DNA of 62,381 bases, filler included, from Bonamia ostreae (taxonomy: Eukaryota), in the NCBI GenBank assembly GCA_040357525.1. It is 21 parts of 21 records of this genome, joined end to end, with 100 filler letters (N's around TTAATTAATTAA, not from the genome) between each part and the next. Parts side by side here need not be neighbours in the genome. Positions count along the whole stretch, not along the records: positions 11,994 to 14,886 come from JBDODL010000654.1; positions 14,987 to 17,874 come from JBDODL010000655.1; positions 17,975 to 20,858 come from JBDODL010000656.1; positions 20,959 to 23,839 come from JBDODL010000657.1; positions 23,940 to 26,816 come from JBDODL010000658.1; 16 more parts are not named here. One strand, given 5' to 3'. Every line of letters begins with the position of its first letter. Position 1 is the first letter of the stretch. The notes under the pieces are model-generated. The model saw nothing but the letters and a program-made list of their open reading frames with translations. It was not told the DNA's origin and did no database searches. The position numbers and the translations under genes were made by a program. Below, one piece after another: positions 13,827 through 25,665 of the stretch.

Positions 13827-14732
13827 ATGTCCGATATAAACTTCCAGGTTCTAAAACGTTTAAAATAAAAGATGGAGTTCGCCAGAAAAAAGGCCAAATC
13901 TCTGAAACCAAAAAACTTTAGAGATCTCTCTGCACAAGAAAAAGACCAATTTCAATTTATTCTAAGTAAACTTGACGGATCCGAAGAATCCGTTAGTAGC
14001 ACATTTTAAATTTTGTAAACTTTGCAAATTTGCCAAAACAAAAAATTGCAAAAAATTTTAAATCGACAACAGATCAAAGGCGCCAAAAAATGGGTTGTTT
14101 CAAGAGGCGAAGCCTGTAAAGACATCGCCATTCTAATCTTAAACAAGTTAAAACAAATTCGGCCATACGACTTCCAAAATAAACTTTTCCTTCTTTATTT
14201 GGTAAACGACATTTTGCACTCGTCGTTGTGCCACAGACTCAAAATCGAAGTTCTGGATTCAATGAGTCTTTCGTTACTCCACGTTTTGCCGGAAATGCTC
14301 CAAATGGCTTTTGCCAAATCCGGCCAATCCGAAAAAGACAAACTCTATTCGCTATTAACTTTGTGGCATAACCGGCTCATCTTCAATGGCAGCACCATTG
14401 ACGATTTGAAGCTCAGAATGTCGTCGTTTGAGTTTAATTTGTTGAACGAAAGCGATTCGTTGGTTCAAAAAACCGAAAAAGAGCAGATCAACAAAATGGA
14501 CAGTTTAGATTTGTCCGCTGGATATTTCGTCTATCTGGCGAGAGGTCAGTCCAAATACACTCCGATGGACGCGAGAAGGTTGGCCGTCCAAAGTGATTTT
14601 GGGCTGTCCAAATTGGAACCCGATGAGCGAGTTTTCGCTCAATTGGAAAAACTGGAAAAGGTTTTGGGCGAATTGGATCCGACGCTAAAATGCAGTGTTC
14701 TGGAATACAAAAGGTTTTTTTGTTCATTTTAG
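13827..14732 (+). CDS. CTD-interacting-domain (CID) protein, CHERP-like; 3' limit uncertain
   Basis: IKGAKKWV...KLFLLYLVNDILH (CID) and DLSAGYFVYL...YTPMD, similar to CHERP DLPAGLM...YKPLD; ATG 13827 followed by a tiny intron. Confidence 0.7.
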
Positions 14733-14986
14733 GCGATTTTTCGATTAAAACGTTTTTATTATTTTTGTACTGTTTCAATAATTGTATAAACGCTGGTAAA
14801 TATTCCCGTTTCCCGGGCGGTTCTTGCATGGATTCTAACTGGTATACAAAACGAAAAAAATATTTCTTAAAAGAAATGGCAAATTTNNNNNNNNNNNNNN
14901 NNNNNNNNNNNNNNNNNNNNNNNNNNNNNNTTAATTAATTAANNNNNNNNNNNNNNNNNNNNNNNNNNNNNNNNNNNNNNNNNNNN

Positions 14987-15135
14987 TCTGAAAATTCGAT
15001 GGTTTGTTGGTACTTTTTGATGTTCTCTGACACTTTTGAAATGGCCTCGATTCTTTCTGTTTTCGAATTTTCGGCCAAAAGTTTGATCAACGGTTTCAGA
15101 TTTATTTCTCTTGTTTTTTGGATTTTCGACGCCAT
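14987..15135 (-). CDS. N-terminus of a protein, possibly RRP1/NOP52-like
   Basis: MASKIQK...LIKLLAENSKTERIEAISKVSENI; only weak resemblance; cut by the contig edge. Confidence 0.35.
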
Positions 15136-15306
15136 TTTTAAATTTAAGCCTAAATCGGTGATTTTACAAGTTATATATATATAATTACGAACGATAAGAA
15201 TTTTTGAGCTTATAAATATATGTGAAAAATTACGAAATGCCGAAAAGCAGTTTTTTATCAAAATAAAATGCGTCAATAAGAAGATGTAGAATTTGTAGGT
15301 TCGGAA

Positions 15307-16037
15307 ATGGCGTACTACAAAAATCGCTTCGAAGAACTAGACCGAATCGGCGACTTGCCCACAGAAACGTTTAACAAGAGATTCAACAAGTTATTTCAAC
15401 AAAACGAAAATAGCTCCAAGTCCATCGGTAACACGGATATCTTCAGAAATGTCAAAATCTATGTGAACGGATATTGCCAACCGCCTCAATCAGAGATCCA
15501 CAGAATGGTCAAAACGCATGGTGGAAACATATCCTTTTATTATTCGAGAAAAGTAACGCATGTCGTCTCGCAGAACTTTGGAACACGCCTTAAAAAATTC
15601 CGTTCGTCGGTAATAGTGAAGCCATCTTGGATCACAGAAAGTGTCAAAAACAATCGCAAATTGCCAATTTGCGAATTCACTTTTTTGCCAAAAACGAATA
15701 TTTTGAGTTATTTTAAATCGGTAAAATCGCCGCGTAATTGCGAAAAGCGCGTTTTAGGCAAATTGAGTAAAAAGAGCGTAGAAAGCAAAAACAACGTTGA
15801 AAACAAAAATTTTGTAAATTTTGGAGAAATCAAAGATTTTCTTTTTCGGCAAAAAAATTTGAATTCCATTTTGTTTTTTATTCGAAAAATTTGAAAAATC
15901 TCAATTTTAAATCTCAATTTTAAAGAAAAGCGTTAGAACACTTTAAAACAGACAAAAAGGCGATATCCGATTTTAAAGAGTTTCTACAGATTTGCAATGA
16001 AAATGACTTATTGGATCAAATCAACTCTCAATTTTAA
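15307..16037 (+). CDS. REV1: Short REV1-like protein: BRCT domain plus putative Rev1 C-terminal domain, no polymerase domain
   Basis: IFRNVKIYVNGYCQP...THGG...YYSRKVTHVV...VKPSWITESVK is the REV1-type BRCT; intron 15873-15925 extends the frame to TAA 16035-16037 (about 225 aa). Confidence 0.7.
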
Positions 16038-16210
16038 TGTGCGCATAAATTTATTACAAAAATTTTCCATTTTATATTGTTTCGAAAACAAAAAATTTTG
16101 CAAACAATTTTCTAATGGATAAAATCCATAAACGACAAATCTTCGAAAGCGAATAAACATTTTTTTAAATTTCAGCACAAAAAAATGATCAAAAAATTTG
16201 TTAAAAGAAT

Positions 16211-16626
16211 TTAAAGTAGCGATCCGGATTTTTTCACACTTTCCAGAAACTCGGTCGAATTGATTTGATCGTCGTAATTATAAAACGGATCCATTTGCAT
16301 TTTAACGAACGCGGCGTAAATTTGGTCGAAGAACGCTGATATTTTGCGCTCTGTGAGTCGATTCTTGTTGTACATTAACATAAAGCGGTGATTCGATGCT
16401 GTGACAAAACAGGAAATGGCGTTTTTGTCAAAAGTGTCGATTTCCTTGAGATCCATTTCATCGGTCGATGTAGATTTGAGATCGACTAAATCTAAAGTGG
16501 AGTGTAACAGAAATTGCGTTATCCCCTCGACCTTTGACTAAATTTTAAAGGAACTTTAAAAGACGGGTCTTTAAAATCGTGTTCAAATAACAAGAGGTCA
16601 TCTTTCGAGACTACACATAAATACAT
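16211..16626 (-). CDS. TRAPPC2: TRAPP complex subunit 2 (sedlin/Trs20)
   Basis: MYLCVVSKDDLLLFE...QFLLHSTLDLVD...LKEIDTF...SCFVTASNHRFML...MDPFY; requires a 17-nt intron at 16538-16554. Confidence 0.9.
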
Positions 16627-17070
16627 TTCAGATTTATTAAAAATTTTGCTAATTAACAATATTTAGACAACAAGGTATAAACGAGTAAAATTTTTCGAAT
16701 AAGGCGAAAAAGGCAGTAATAAATTTTATTTTTAATGCAAAATTTTTTCTTGTTTTGTAAAATTTCAATGTGCGTCATTTTGGCTCCAATTTTTGCTAAA
16801 AATTTGAAAGGGACCGTAATTCAAGTGTTCCAATTTTGTATCCAAATTAATAAATGGATTATAAAGTCTTGAGAGCCCATTTTAAAGAGATGAAAGAAAA
16901 ACATTAAAATCTTTTTGTTTTTAGGTTGTAATTTTATTCTGAAAAATCAAAACTGGCAGAATCTTAAATAAACTGAAATATGAACATTATATACATAACT
17001 TCAAAAATTAAATAAGAACGTTGTCTCTATCGATATTTCATAATTTTACTCCAAAATCGATTGAAATACA

Positions 17071-17874
17071 ATGATTGCGATATTGTTTTTAGTGCTGCTC
17101 AAATACAATTGCAACTACACTAATCAATTGATTGTATATCCATCACAGAATGCCAATTTTCAAAGAGCGGAGAGAAGTAATCCCAATACTATAAAGATTG
17201 TTCTTGAGTTTCTTATTGATCGTTGCGCATTAAGTCCAGGAGAAAATATACAAGATCTTAAATACGAAATAATAAGTTTAGTTGATCAAGTTAATAATGT
17301 CATTCAACCTCTCTTCAATGTGTATCTTGAATTGGTTTTCCCTTACAATGGATTAATCAGCATTGTTAATGACTGCCGGGTTCTAGTTAATTCGAAATGC
17401 GTTTACGAATTCATGAAAAATTATAAAACAAATATTTATGTAGACTTGGTTGGGTTGACGTATATATACGTCCCTTTTTCGTATCAGTTGAATTACCTTG
17501 AACATAAAAATGTCTGTACAAGCAAAGCAATAGGAGTTTTGCAAAGAACTATCTACGCAGACAGTCTTGCGAGATCAGTTTTTTTTTCATTAATAAAGAT
17601 TTATGGAAATTTGGGAGCAAAATTTCCAAATGATATGGATAACGTATATCATCAAAAACAAAACATCCAAGATATACACTGTTTCTTGACTACTTTAAGA
17701 GCGGCATCACCCTATGTGAGTAGATCTTGTTTCTATATTGATAGCGTGAATAAAAATAATGAAAAGATTCCGATGATACTATATTCAACAAATCAGGACG
17801 TTTTTACTTTGTGCTACCAGTATTTAGTCCAAGTTATGTATCAAGAGTTATTCGTTCCTCGATGTGTACCCGGA
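17071..17874 (+). CDS. Secreted protein, probable degenerate reprolysin/M12B-like domain, partial
   Basis: Hydrophobic N-terminus; IVLEFLID...LVDQVNNVIQP..VYLELV...VGLTY...VCTSKAIGV...GNLGA in ADAM-like order, without HExxH. Confidence 0.5.
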
Positions 17875-18287
17875 NNNNNNNNNNNNNNNNNNNNNNNNNN
17901 NNNNNNNNNNNNNNNNNNTTAATTAATTAANNNNNNNNNNNNNNNNNNNNNNNNNNNNNNNNNNNNNNNNNNNNTGAAATAAAACAAGGAAATAATTTCT
18001 AAACTATAAGAAAGTGGAAAAACATCCAATACGTTTAAATTTAAAAGCATCTCAAATTCGAGAAAATTGAATGCTATTTGGTATAACGAAGATTCGAAAC
18101 ATTATCTCTTAAAAAATGTAAATTTCCTAATGAAGATTTTGCGGTAAAAATGAATCAATAGAATTGAAACATTACAAATTTTATAGATAAAATATTTATC
18201 TTAATATGAAACATTACAAAAAGATTTTTAAAAATGAAAAATTTTAGATTGAATAGTCAAAATCAGAAAAAAATTTTGATTAATTTA

Positions 18288-18553
18288 CTAATAATCTAAT
18301 ACTTTCACTGTCGACTTGTCATTTCTTATGTTGTAAGCAATCGAGAAAATGCAAACTAAAATTAAAGCAAACACGACTCCAACAAATCCGAAAATTAAAC
18401 CAAATTTGAGATCTTAAAATTAACAGGCAAACTTTTTTCAATGTCATCTCTAATCGCTATTGTAAATATTATAAATGCAAGTACGATTATCACAAAAGAG
18501 CTTAAAACAGCTAATTGGTATCGCCCATCTTCATCTTTACAACATTCTGGCAT
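18288..18553 (-). CDS. Small two-TM membrane protein (not in ORF track)
   Basis: MPECCKDEDGRYQLAVLSSFVIIVLAFIIFTIAI..., 20-nt intron 18413-18432, then LKFGLIFGFVGVVFALILVCIFSIAY to TAG. Confidence 0.6.
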
Positions 18554-19490
18554 TTAACTTTGTGTGTTTATTATTAGTTTCTTATATGGGAGCACAATAG
18601 ATTGTTGGAAATCTGGGTTGCGTTACAAAAATCATATAAGAAATTAGAATCATTGAATTTTTTGAGTAATATTTATTTCACAGCTCCATTTTTTGAGAAA
18701 ACTCAATTTCAAAGCTCCATTAATTTGTTCAGAATTCTTTTGCTTTAGCCATTGCCCTTTTTTCTCTATCTCAAACTGTTTTAAAATTTCTTTCTCGTGA
18801 TTTGTTTTTGCTTTCTTGTAGTCCTTTATCTTAGCTTTTATTCATCATTACCCACGCATTATATGTTTTGCTAAATGTGGATTTTTGTATGAAGGCATCT
18901 TCTGTGCAATCAATCATTCTAGACAAAGAGTTATGTGAGATCTTCTAGACTAAGAGTTTTACTCTCTTTTCAACAACGCTCATATTCCGTGACGTTTCCG
19001 CTTTTAATGTCCCAATGTTTTTATTACTATTTTTGAGGGACGTGTAGTTTAAACACAAGTTGATCGACTATGAGAAACAATTTTATTTTGGAATTTAAAT
19101 TTTTGGTCATTGTCCCACTTGTATGATGGTTTGTTGTGACATTTGGAGAACACAGTTTGAGCTGATTTGTGGAAGCAAAAACTTCCGTGTTGGGAATTTT
19201 TGGCAGCAGCTATTATTTGTAAGTAATCTTTGTGAATATGGAAATTTATTGTTAAACCGATACACGATTGGGGCGTTCGAAAATATTTAATAACATATCC
19301 ACAATTCAATATTATAATTTGGGGCTCACGAGATTTTTAAAGCAAACTCAGTCAAATTAATAGTCATCCGTTTGGAAACGACAGAATAGAGATTCGAACC
19401 CATCCACGCCCGAATGCGTACACTTAGTGCGAACGACCGAGCCATCTTAATATTATTGCATTAAAAGGCCGTGATCGAAAATGAAATTTA

Positions 19491-20154
19491 TTAGAGACGA
19501 TTGATCCTGTTCTCAAAATCAGTCTTTATATTCTGCGAAGTGATATTTGAAGGAGCGTCCACTAAACTTCTATCGACCTCGATTCCCACTTCCTCCAAAA
19601 CTGCGCTTACTAATTCTTCCTGCAATTCGTCCTCGTCCTAAAAATGTTTTAAGCTGAACAATTTCGACGCCGTCCAACATGTCGCCCAGCATTTCCTGCT
19701 TTACTCCCAACATCTCAGATTGCCTTTGGAATTGCATCAGAGCGTTTCTCAGCGACGGCAAGTTGCTCAACCTGTTCATCACTGCCATCGACTTGTTGTA
19801 AAATTTGAAAATTACTCTGGCGCATTGCATCGTCGAAGTCGCCAACATTTGCATTGAGGCGACTTCGCTTAGTTTGAATTTTAGCGACATCAAGTCGGCC
19901 CTGATTTTGACATATTTTTTTCTTTGAGTTCGAACTTGTGCGATGTTTTTGGCCAAAATGGCCGCCGCTTCCATCTCGTTCTTTTTAGCGCGCTTTTGTT
20001 TATAAATATTTACCGTTTTGAGCTCGGCCAAAAGCTTTTTCTCTTCGATTTCGGTGTTTCTGTATTCTCGGTCAATGTCGCGCATGCTTTTGCTGATGAG
20101 GCGCTTGTGTTCTTTTACAATATCCTCAAAAGATCGTGAGTAAAAAATGCCCAT
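19491..20154 (-). CDS. CHMP2: ESCRT-III subunit CHMP2/VPS2
   Basis: KSMRDIDRE...EEKKL...AAAILAK...MAVMNR..NLP...MQFQRQSEM; introns of 21, 24 and 22 nt, the last restoring an acidic tail ending DFENRINRL. Confidence 0.88.
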
Positions 20155-21557
20155 TATCTGTTTTGTGATATAATTAATATTGCAGAAACATATCGCTTTC
20201 GCATAAATTGCTTTTTTTAACGTCAAAAAAATTTTGCTTTTAACGTCTCTTTTCAAAATTTTTATTAATCAAATCTCCAGTTGGCATTCCGCTGTTTTTG
20301 AGCAATTTCATTCACAAAAATGGCGATTGTTATAATGACTGATATTTTAGTAATCAATGGCGATATTTTCTAAAATAATGGCTGGAAATATTATAAACTG
20401 AACTTAAAAAAATTTAGTCGCTGTTCCCCATTTTAATCGATTGCAAAGCGACGATGCAGATTGTGCAGAAAACATAGTTTAATAACAATGCTCCAAAAAC
20501 AATGTTATATCCCTCTACAACTCCGTCGCATAACTTTTCATAATTTTTCAATTAATAAGTAACATTATTTTTGACAAAAACATTTTATAGTTAAGTTGTA
20601 AAAATGTAAAAACTTTATTTTTGGTTATATTTAAATAATTTCCCAAAAACGAACAATCAAAATTCCGCAGTCGCATTATCGACAGCATCATTTTATCCAT
20701 AAATTCGTTGTGCATTTCGGCCGCGGTCTCCAACAAATTTTCGGCATCCCTTCACGTTTAAATTTGTTGATTTTGAGAAAAAATGGTTAAAAATAAAAAC
20801 TCGTTAAGCTTTAAATTGTATATTTTCAACTTTTCGATCAATTCATTAAATTCGTTCANNNNNNNNNNNNNNNNNNNNNNNNNNNNNNNNNNNNNNNNNN
20901 NNTTAATTAATTAANNNNNNNNNNNNNNNNNNNNNNNNNNNNNNNNNNNNNNNNNNNNAATCTGAAGAATAAAAGTCGATCATAATGCACAAAAAGTCAT
21001 TAACAATTATACGTTTTTTTAAAGTAATCTCTATGATTTAAATGTTGTCAGCTGGTGTTCCTTGTCCAATAACCCTTGGCACTTCAAGAAGGTGTTCTTT
21101 CTTACCGTACAATGACTTCTGATATCACGAAAATTTGGTCCGTTCATACACGTCTCTCGAAGAACAAGATATATTACCGGCTATATCCTATCGTAATTTC
21201 ACCCCTCAGTTTTTCAGTTTTCAAGTAAGTTCGTAGCGTTATCATTTACATAAGTAAAACATAAGTAAAACGTTATCATTACCCCACTCACATACAAATG
21301 ACGTAATATATTTTATGGGATCGCGGTTGTGTGCGAAATTTGGATTGCTTAGGGAAATCCAAATAATGTATTGATACACCGTATTAAACGCAAGAAAACA
21401 AAACACGATTGCATGCAGCAACTACATTCATATTTTGTATTTGATATTCGTCATTCAATATTGTTGTGATGACAATTGTTGGCTGTAAAAAATACCAATC
21501 GTAAGAAAGAATACAGAAATCGGTAGTTTTTCAATATGATTTTGTGTGTTACAAATC

Positions 21558-21700
21558 TGGATCGTGGTAGTGCAGAGGTTTCGGTCTCACTCTCACCGCT
21601 GCGACATGAGCTTGATCCCCGTGATCGACAGTGGTAATATGTGGAATGGTATGGTGGTCGCCCATTTGGACACTAGGGTTTCATCCCACATCAATGAACA
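21558..21700 (+). mobile_element. Degenerate tRNA-derived SINE (host DNA)
   Basis: A-box-like GTGGTAGTGCAGAGG, B-box-like GCTTGATCCCCG, then GGTTTCATCCCACA resembling a V/Meta-SINE central domain. Confidence 0.45.
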
Positions 21701-23939
21701 GGGTTATCCGATAAAACGTACGAGTTTCCAATACTTTAAACCACAATTCCCCACTAATGATATAGAAGACAAAACGCTTGCTTGAGCTGTCTAGAGAAAT
21801 ATTATACAAATATCCTTACCTGAGATAATCACGCATTGTTCGATATTGATTTTTTTCCGTCACTTCTTTCAATTTTCTTTGAAAGCGCTCGAATTCTTCT
21901 TTATATTCACTTTCATTCTGAAAAGGAAATTACTATCGTTTGGGAGTTTGTGACAAAATTGTTGAAGTTAGAATTACAGGTGGAGATAACGAACAGCGAT
22001 CAAACTCATAACTCCTTTAAGCTATAGATATATTCCTATTATACGTATATTCGGAAGCATTTCCTGGGTATTTGTTCTATTTTCAAATGTATGGTTCCAC
22101 AGGCCTTTGGTATTGGTAACCTAACCTCTTAAGTGAGAAAGAATACAATACTTGAGACAGCAATTACCCCAAATAACTGATGATGCTGTCATTATTTATA
22201 TGTACATAACTTATCATATCTAACATAAAATTTATTAGGATGGAAACCGAATAGGGTAGCATTCAAATAAAAAAAATACATCGCAGGTACAACAATATTC
22301 AGGCTGTATTATAAATACATGTACGTGACTGTACGGTATTTGCAATAGTTTGCATATATTATTAGGTATCAGTAAATCAAATACAAGACGTTTGTGTGTA
22401 TCATGTGTAATTGAAGAACTGTTCATTACTGCAGAGACGTCACAATGAGACAAACTGCCTCTACAGCTTTTGTTTCTCATGCCAAAACAAACCGTGATAT
22501 GGGACCTCCGTTCTGAAAGTGTCACGAATTTCAGTTTCAATGCCTGGCTCTTGGCAGGGAGCAATAGGTACTTCTGTTACACAGTTTAAGTTTATAGCGG
22601 CTAAGGGATCAATAATCTAACTCAATTATAAATTGTGACCGACCAAACCGTATAAAATTCTACATATACCACTTATTAATAAAAAAAATATGAATTTATA
22701 TTATCTTTCTAAAGAATATAGTTCCCGAAATATAAGATTCGCGGATATGTCCATATATTACGAAATTGTATATCCCCTCTACCAGGGACACTATTCTTAT
22801 ACTTTCTGGCAATCTTTTAAATTTTTAAAGGTAATAGTACTGTCTGTCTGTCACTATATCTTGTAAACGCTCCTTTTCCTCTATGACTTATTTAATAGAC
22901 TTGAAACTTTCTAAAATTCATCTTTGCCATTTCTAGATATGTGTATTACTGGGATGTGATGTGCCAATTCCTAAATTATATGATGTGTCCATGAGGGTTC
23001 GATGATGTAGAATATCTTGTTAACACCTCCCATCCTACACAGTTCCCGAAACGTTGTACTTTACAACTTTAAGAGTGATCAAACGGTGAACACACGCAAA
23101 GAGAACGATGTGGGGACGGTTGGTTAGTAATCATTAAACGTGTACGGAACACAAACGTATGTGAAAAGTTAACTTTGAGCGAACGGTGAATGCACAACAA
23201 ACGTGCAAGACTGACGATTATTCGGAATGTCTGGGATATTTTCCTTACAGCGTACGTAATTCATACAGGTTCATGTAAAAGAGATATGTACATTTATGTA
23301 ATAACCAAATTCACCAGATTACATTAGAAGCTAAAAGATTTTTGTGAAAACTTCCTAGATCATATCACTTTGATGTAACCACTTAGGGTTGAATCCATTT
23401 ATCGAAGTGGCATTGGACCTGTTATTCTATGACCTTATCATCTACGTCATGTAAAGGACACTACCCCGGTTTTTAAAGTCATTAACGTTATAATTTTTGG
23501 GATATTAGCCAAACACAGTAACAACCGTGAAGTGAAACACAAAGTCCACAATCGTCTGTAAAAAGAATTAAAGGTTAGGACGTGCTTGAGTTATATCTAC
23601 TATAAATTAATAAAATTATATTATTTGTCAAACGGTTTTTATTTAGGATTTTCTCGTCCGATGTGGAAGTATGTTTTAAAGGTAATAACTCTCCGGTGAC
23701 CACAAAATTCGCAGATTTCAGTCAGATTTAATTTTTCATCTTATACGTCTACACGTGGCTCTTGAAAATCTCCATACTTTTTTGCAATTTGCACTTTTCA
23801 CATACTCTTTAATAGAACATGTTATACTTTAATTTCATTNNNNNNNNNNNNNNNNNNNNNNNNNNNNNNNNNNNNNNNNNNNNTTAATTAATTAANNNNN
23901 NNNNNNNNNNNNNNNNNNNNNNNNNNNNNNNNNNNNNNN

Positions 23940-24265
23940 TTTACCAAGAAAGAAATAACTGACAAAATTATATTAAAATACATTAAAAAAACACAGAAAT
24001 CCTCAAAAAAACAAAAAATCTGTTTCATTGCGATTTCTTTGACAAAGAAGACAAGAAGTACGCGATTGTTCGAATTGATGACAATTCAGAATTGATTGGA
24101 GACGATGTGAAAAATGGCTTGGCCAAAGAGGAATCGAATATTCGGGCTAAAATTTTATCAGATATAAAAGAAGCGGAGGAAATGTGGATTCAATCGATGG
24201 AAGAATTCCATAAAAGTTTGAAGAACAGAAAACGATTTAAGAAGAAACGCAAACGACGCTTTTAA
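23940..24265 (+). CDS. 3' end of an unidentified gene
   Basis: Open frame ...KKYAIVRIDDNSELIGDDVKNGL...RKRFKKKRKRRF-TAA. Confidence 0.45.
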
Positions 24266-24351
24266 ATGGAATTGCGTCATTTTTAGTCATTTTTTAAAAA
24301 TTGTTAATGGTCACTGACATTTTAATATTGCAATTGGCATTTTCCAATAAT

Positions 24352-25570
24352 TTAATTAAAAATCGCCATTACCAGTAAAACGTATTGGTAACTCAAATAA
24401 GCTGTTTTTTCTAAGGACCGATCATTCTGCCAGACAACAATTTCTGGATCTTGAGCAGATATTTCTTTGAACCAGTTGATTTCGTTTTTGTAATAATGGG
24501 CTGGGCATTCTTCTCTCATTAAAAAATTGGCAACTATAATGTCATTGTCGCTCAGTTCTTCGCTATTGCCCACACAACAGTTTCCCCCGTTGTAACCAAA
24601 TAAACAGCACTGAAATGTTAAAATTATGCAACATTTAAATTGTACAAATATGCTTTTTTGGTTACACAAAAAAGTTGTAAAATTATTGATACATCTCGAC
24701 TAGTAAAGACAACCTCTGGTTCATACCCCTTTCGAATTTTTATCGTTTGTCCTCTCGGAAAATCTCTCACTTTTCCCGGACAACGAGACCCTGAACATAC
24801 AAACGAATTTAAGGAATAGTGCATTATTGACAGAAAATCGTACGGTGTTATCATTATGCCCTCCGTTTCTTTTTTGAAGTTTTGCAAGTATTCCGTTGGA
24901 ATGTTTTTGTATAAGATTTGGACATATTTGTCTCTATCGGGTCTATTTTTTCTAATTATTATGAAACCTGCTGTGTTCGTGGTACATTCCAATGACATGG
25001 CCTATTTCGTGAATAATGTTAGAAACTGAGCAGCTATCACTCACGCCTACTTCATGGGCCTTCATTCCTGGGATTTTCCCTACATAGGATTCACATCTCG
25101 AGCTTGGTTCGAATATCAAATATTCGCTTTCATATTCGTGTTTTTTAAACCTCCAATTACTCTGTTAATGTTATTGTAACAATGTGATGGGGAAAAATAT
25201 TGCTAAAGATGTATCCATTTAGAAATATTTTCAAACCTTTTTTTGCCAATGATTTAAAGCCTTTAGAATAGTTTTGACTGACTTTTTAGATAACTCGGAA
25301 TGAAATTTGAAGGGGATTGGGCAATCCCATCTTCTCGATGGTCTCAATATTGGAGATTTAGTTTTATATCTGGCTTTTTTGCACATATCCAAAGGTACTT
25401 TTATATCATTCTTTGTTATTTTTATTATTCAAAACATCAATATAACATCTTTCAACATTTTTGCCAATTTTACAATGAATTAAATCGACATTTTCGCCCT
25501 TCAAAACAATACATTTTTCACCAGAAGCCAGTATTAATGTTACCATTAACAGTGTTTTTAATTGGAACAT
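24352..25570 (-). CDS. Astacin-family (M12A) zinc metalloprotease with signal peptide and hydrophobic C-terminus
   Basis: CESYVG...IIHEIGHVIGMYHEHSR-[25-nt intron 24943-24967]-PDRDKYV...YDFLSIMHY (Met-turn)...VGNSEELSDNDI; start MFQLKTLLMVTLILASG. Confidence 0.92.
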
Positions 25571-25665
25571 TGATTTAATTATTCCGGTTTTATAGAAGGG
25601 CTTTTTATTTTTAAATTTTCTAAATCAAATTTATTTGCTTATAAGAAAAAAGTTGGTAAATCATT

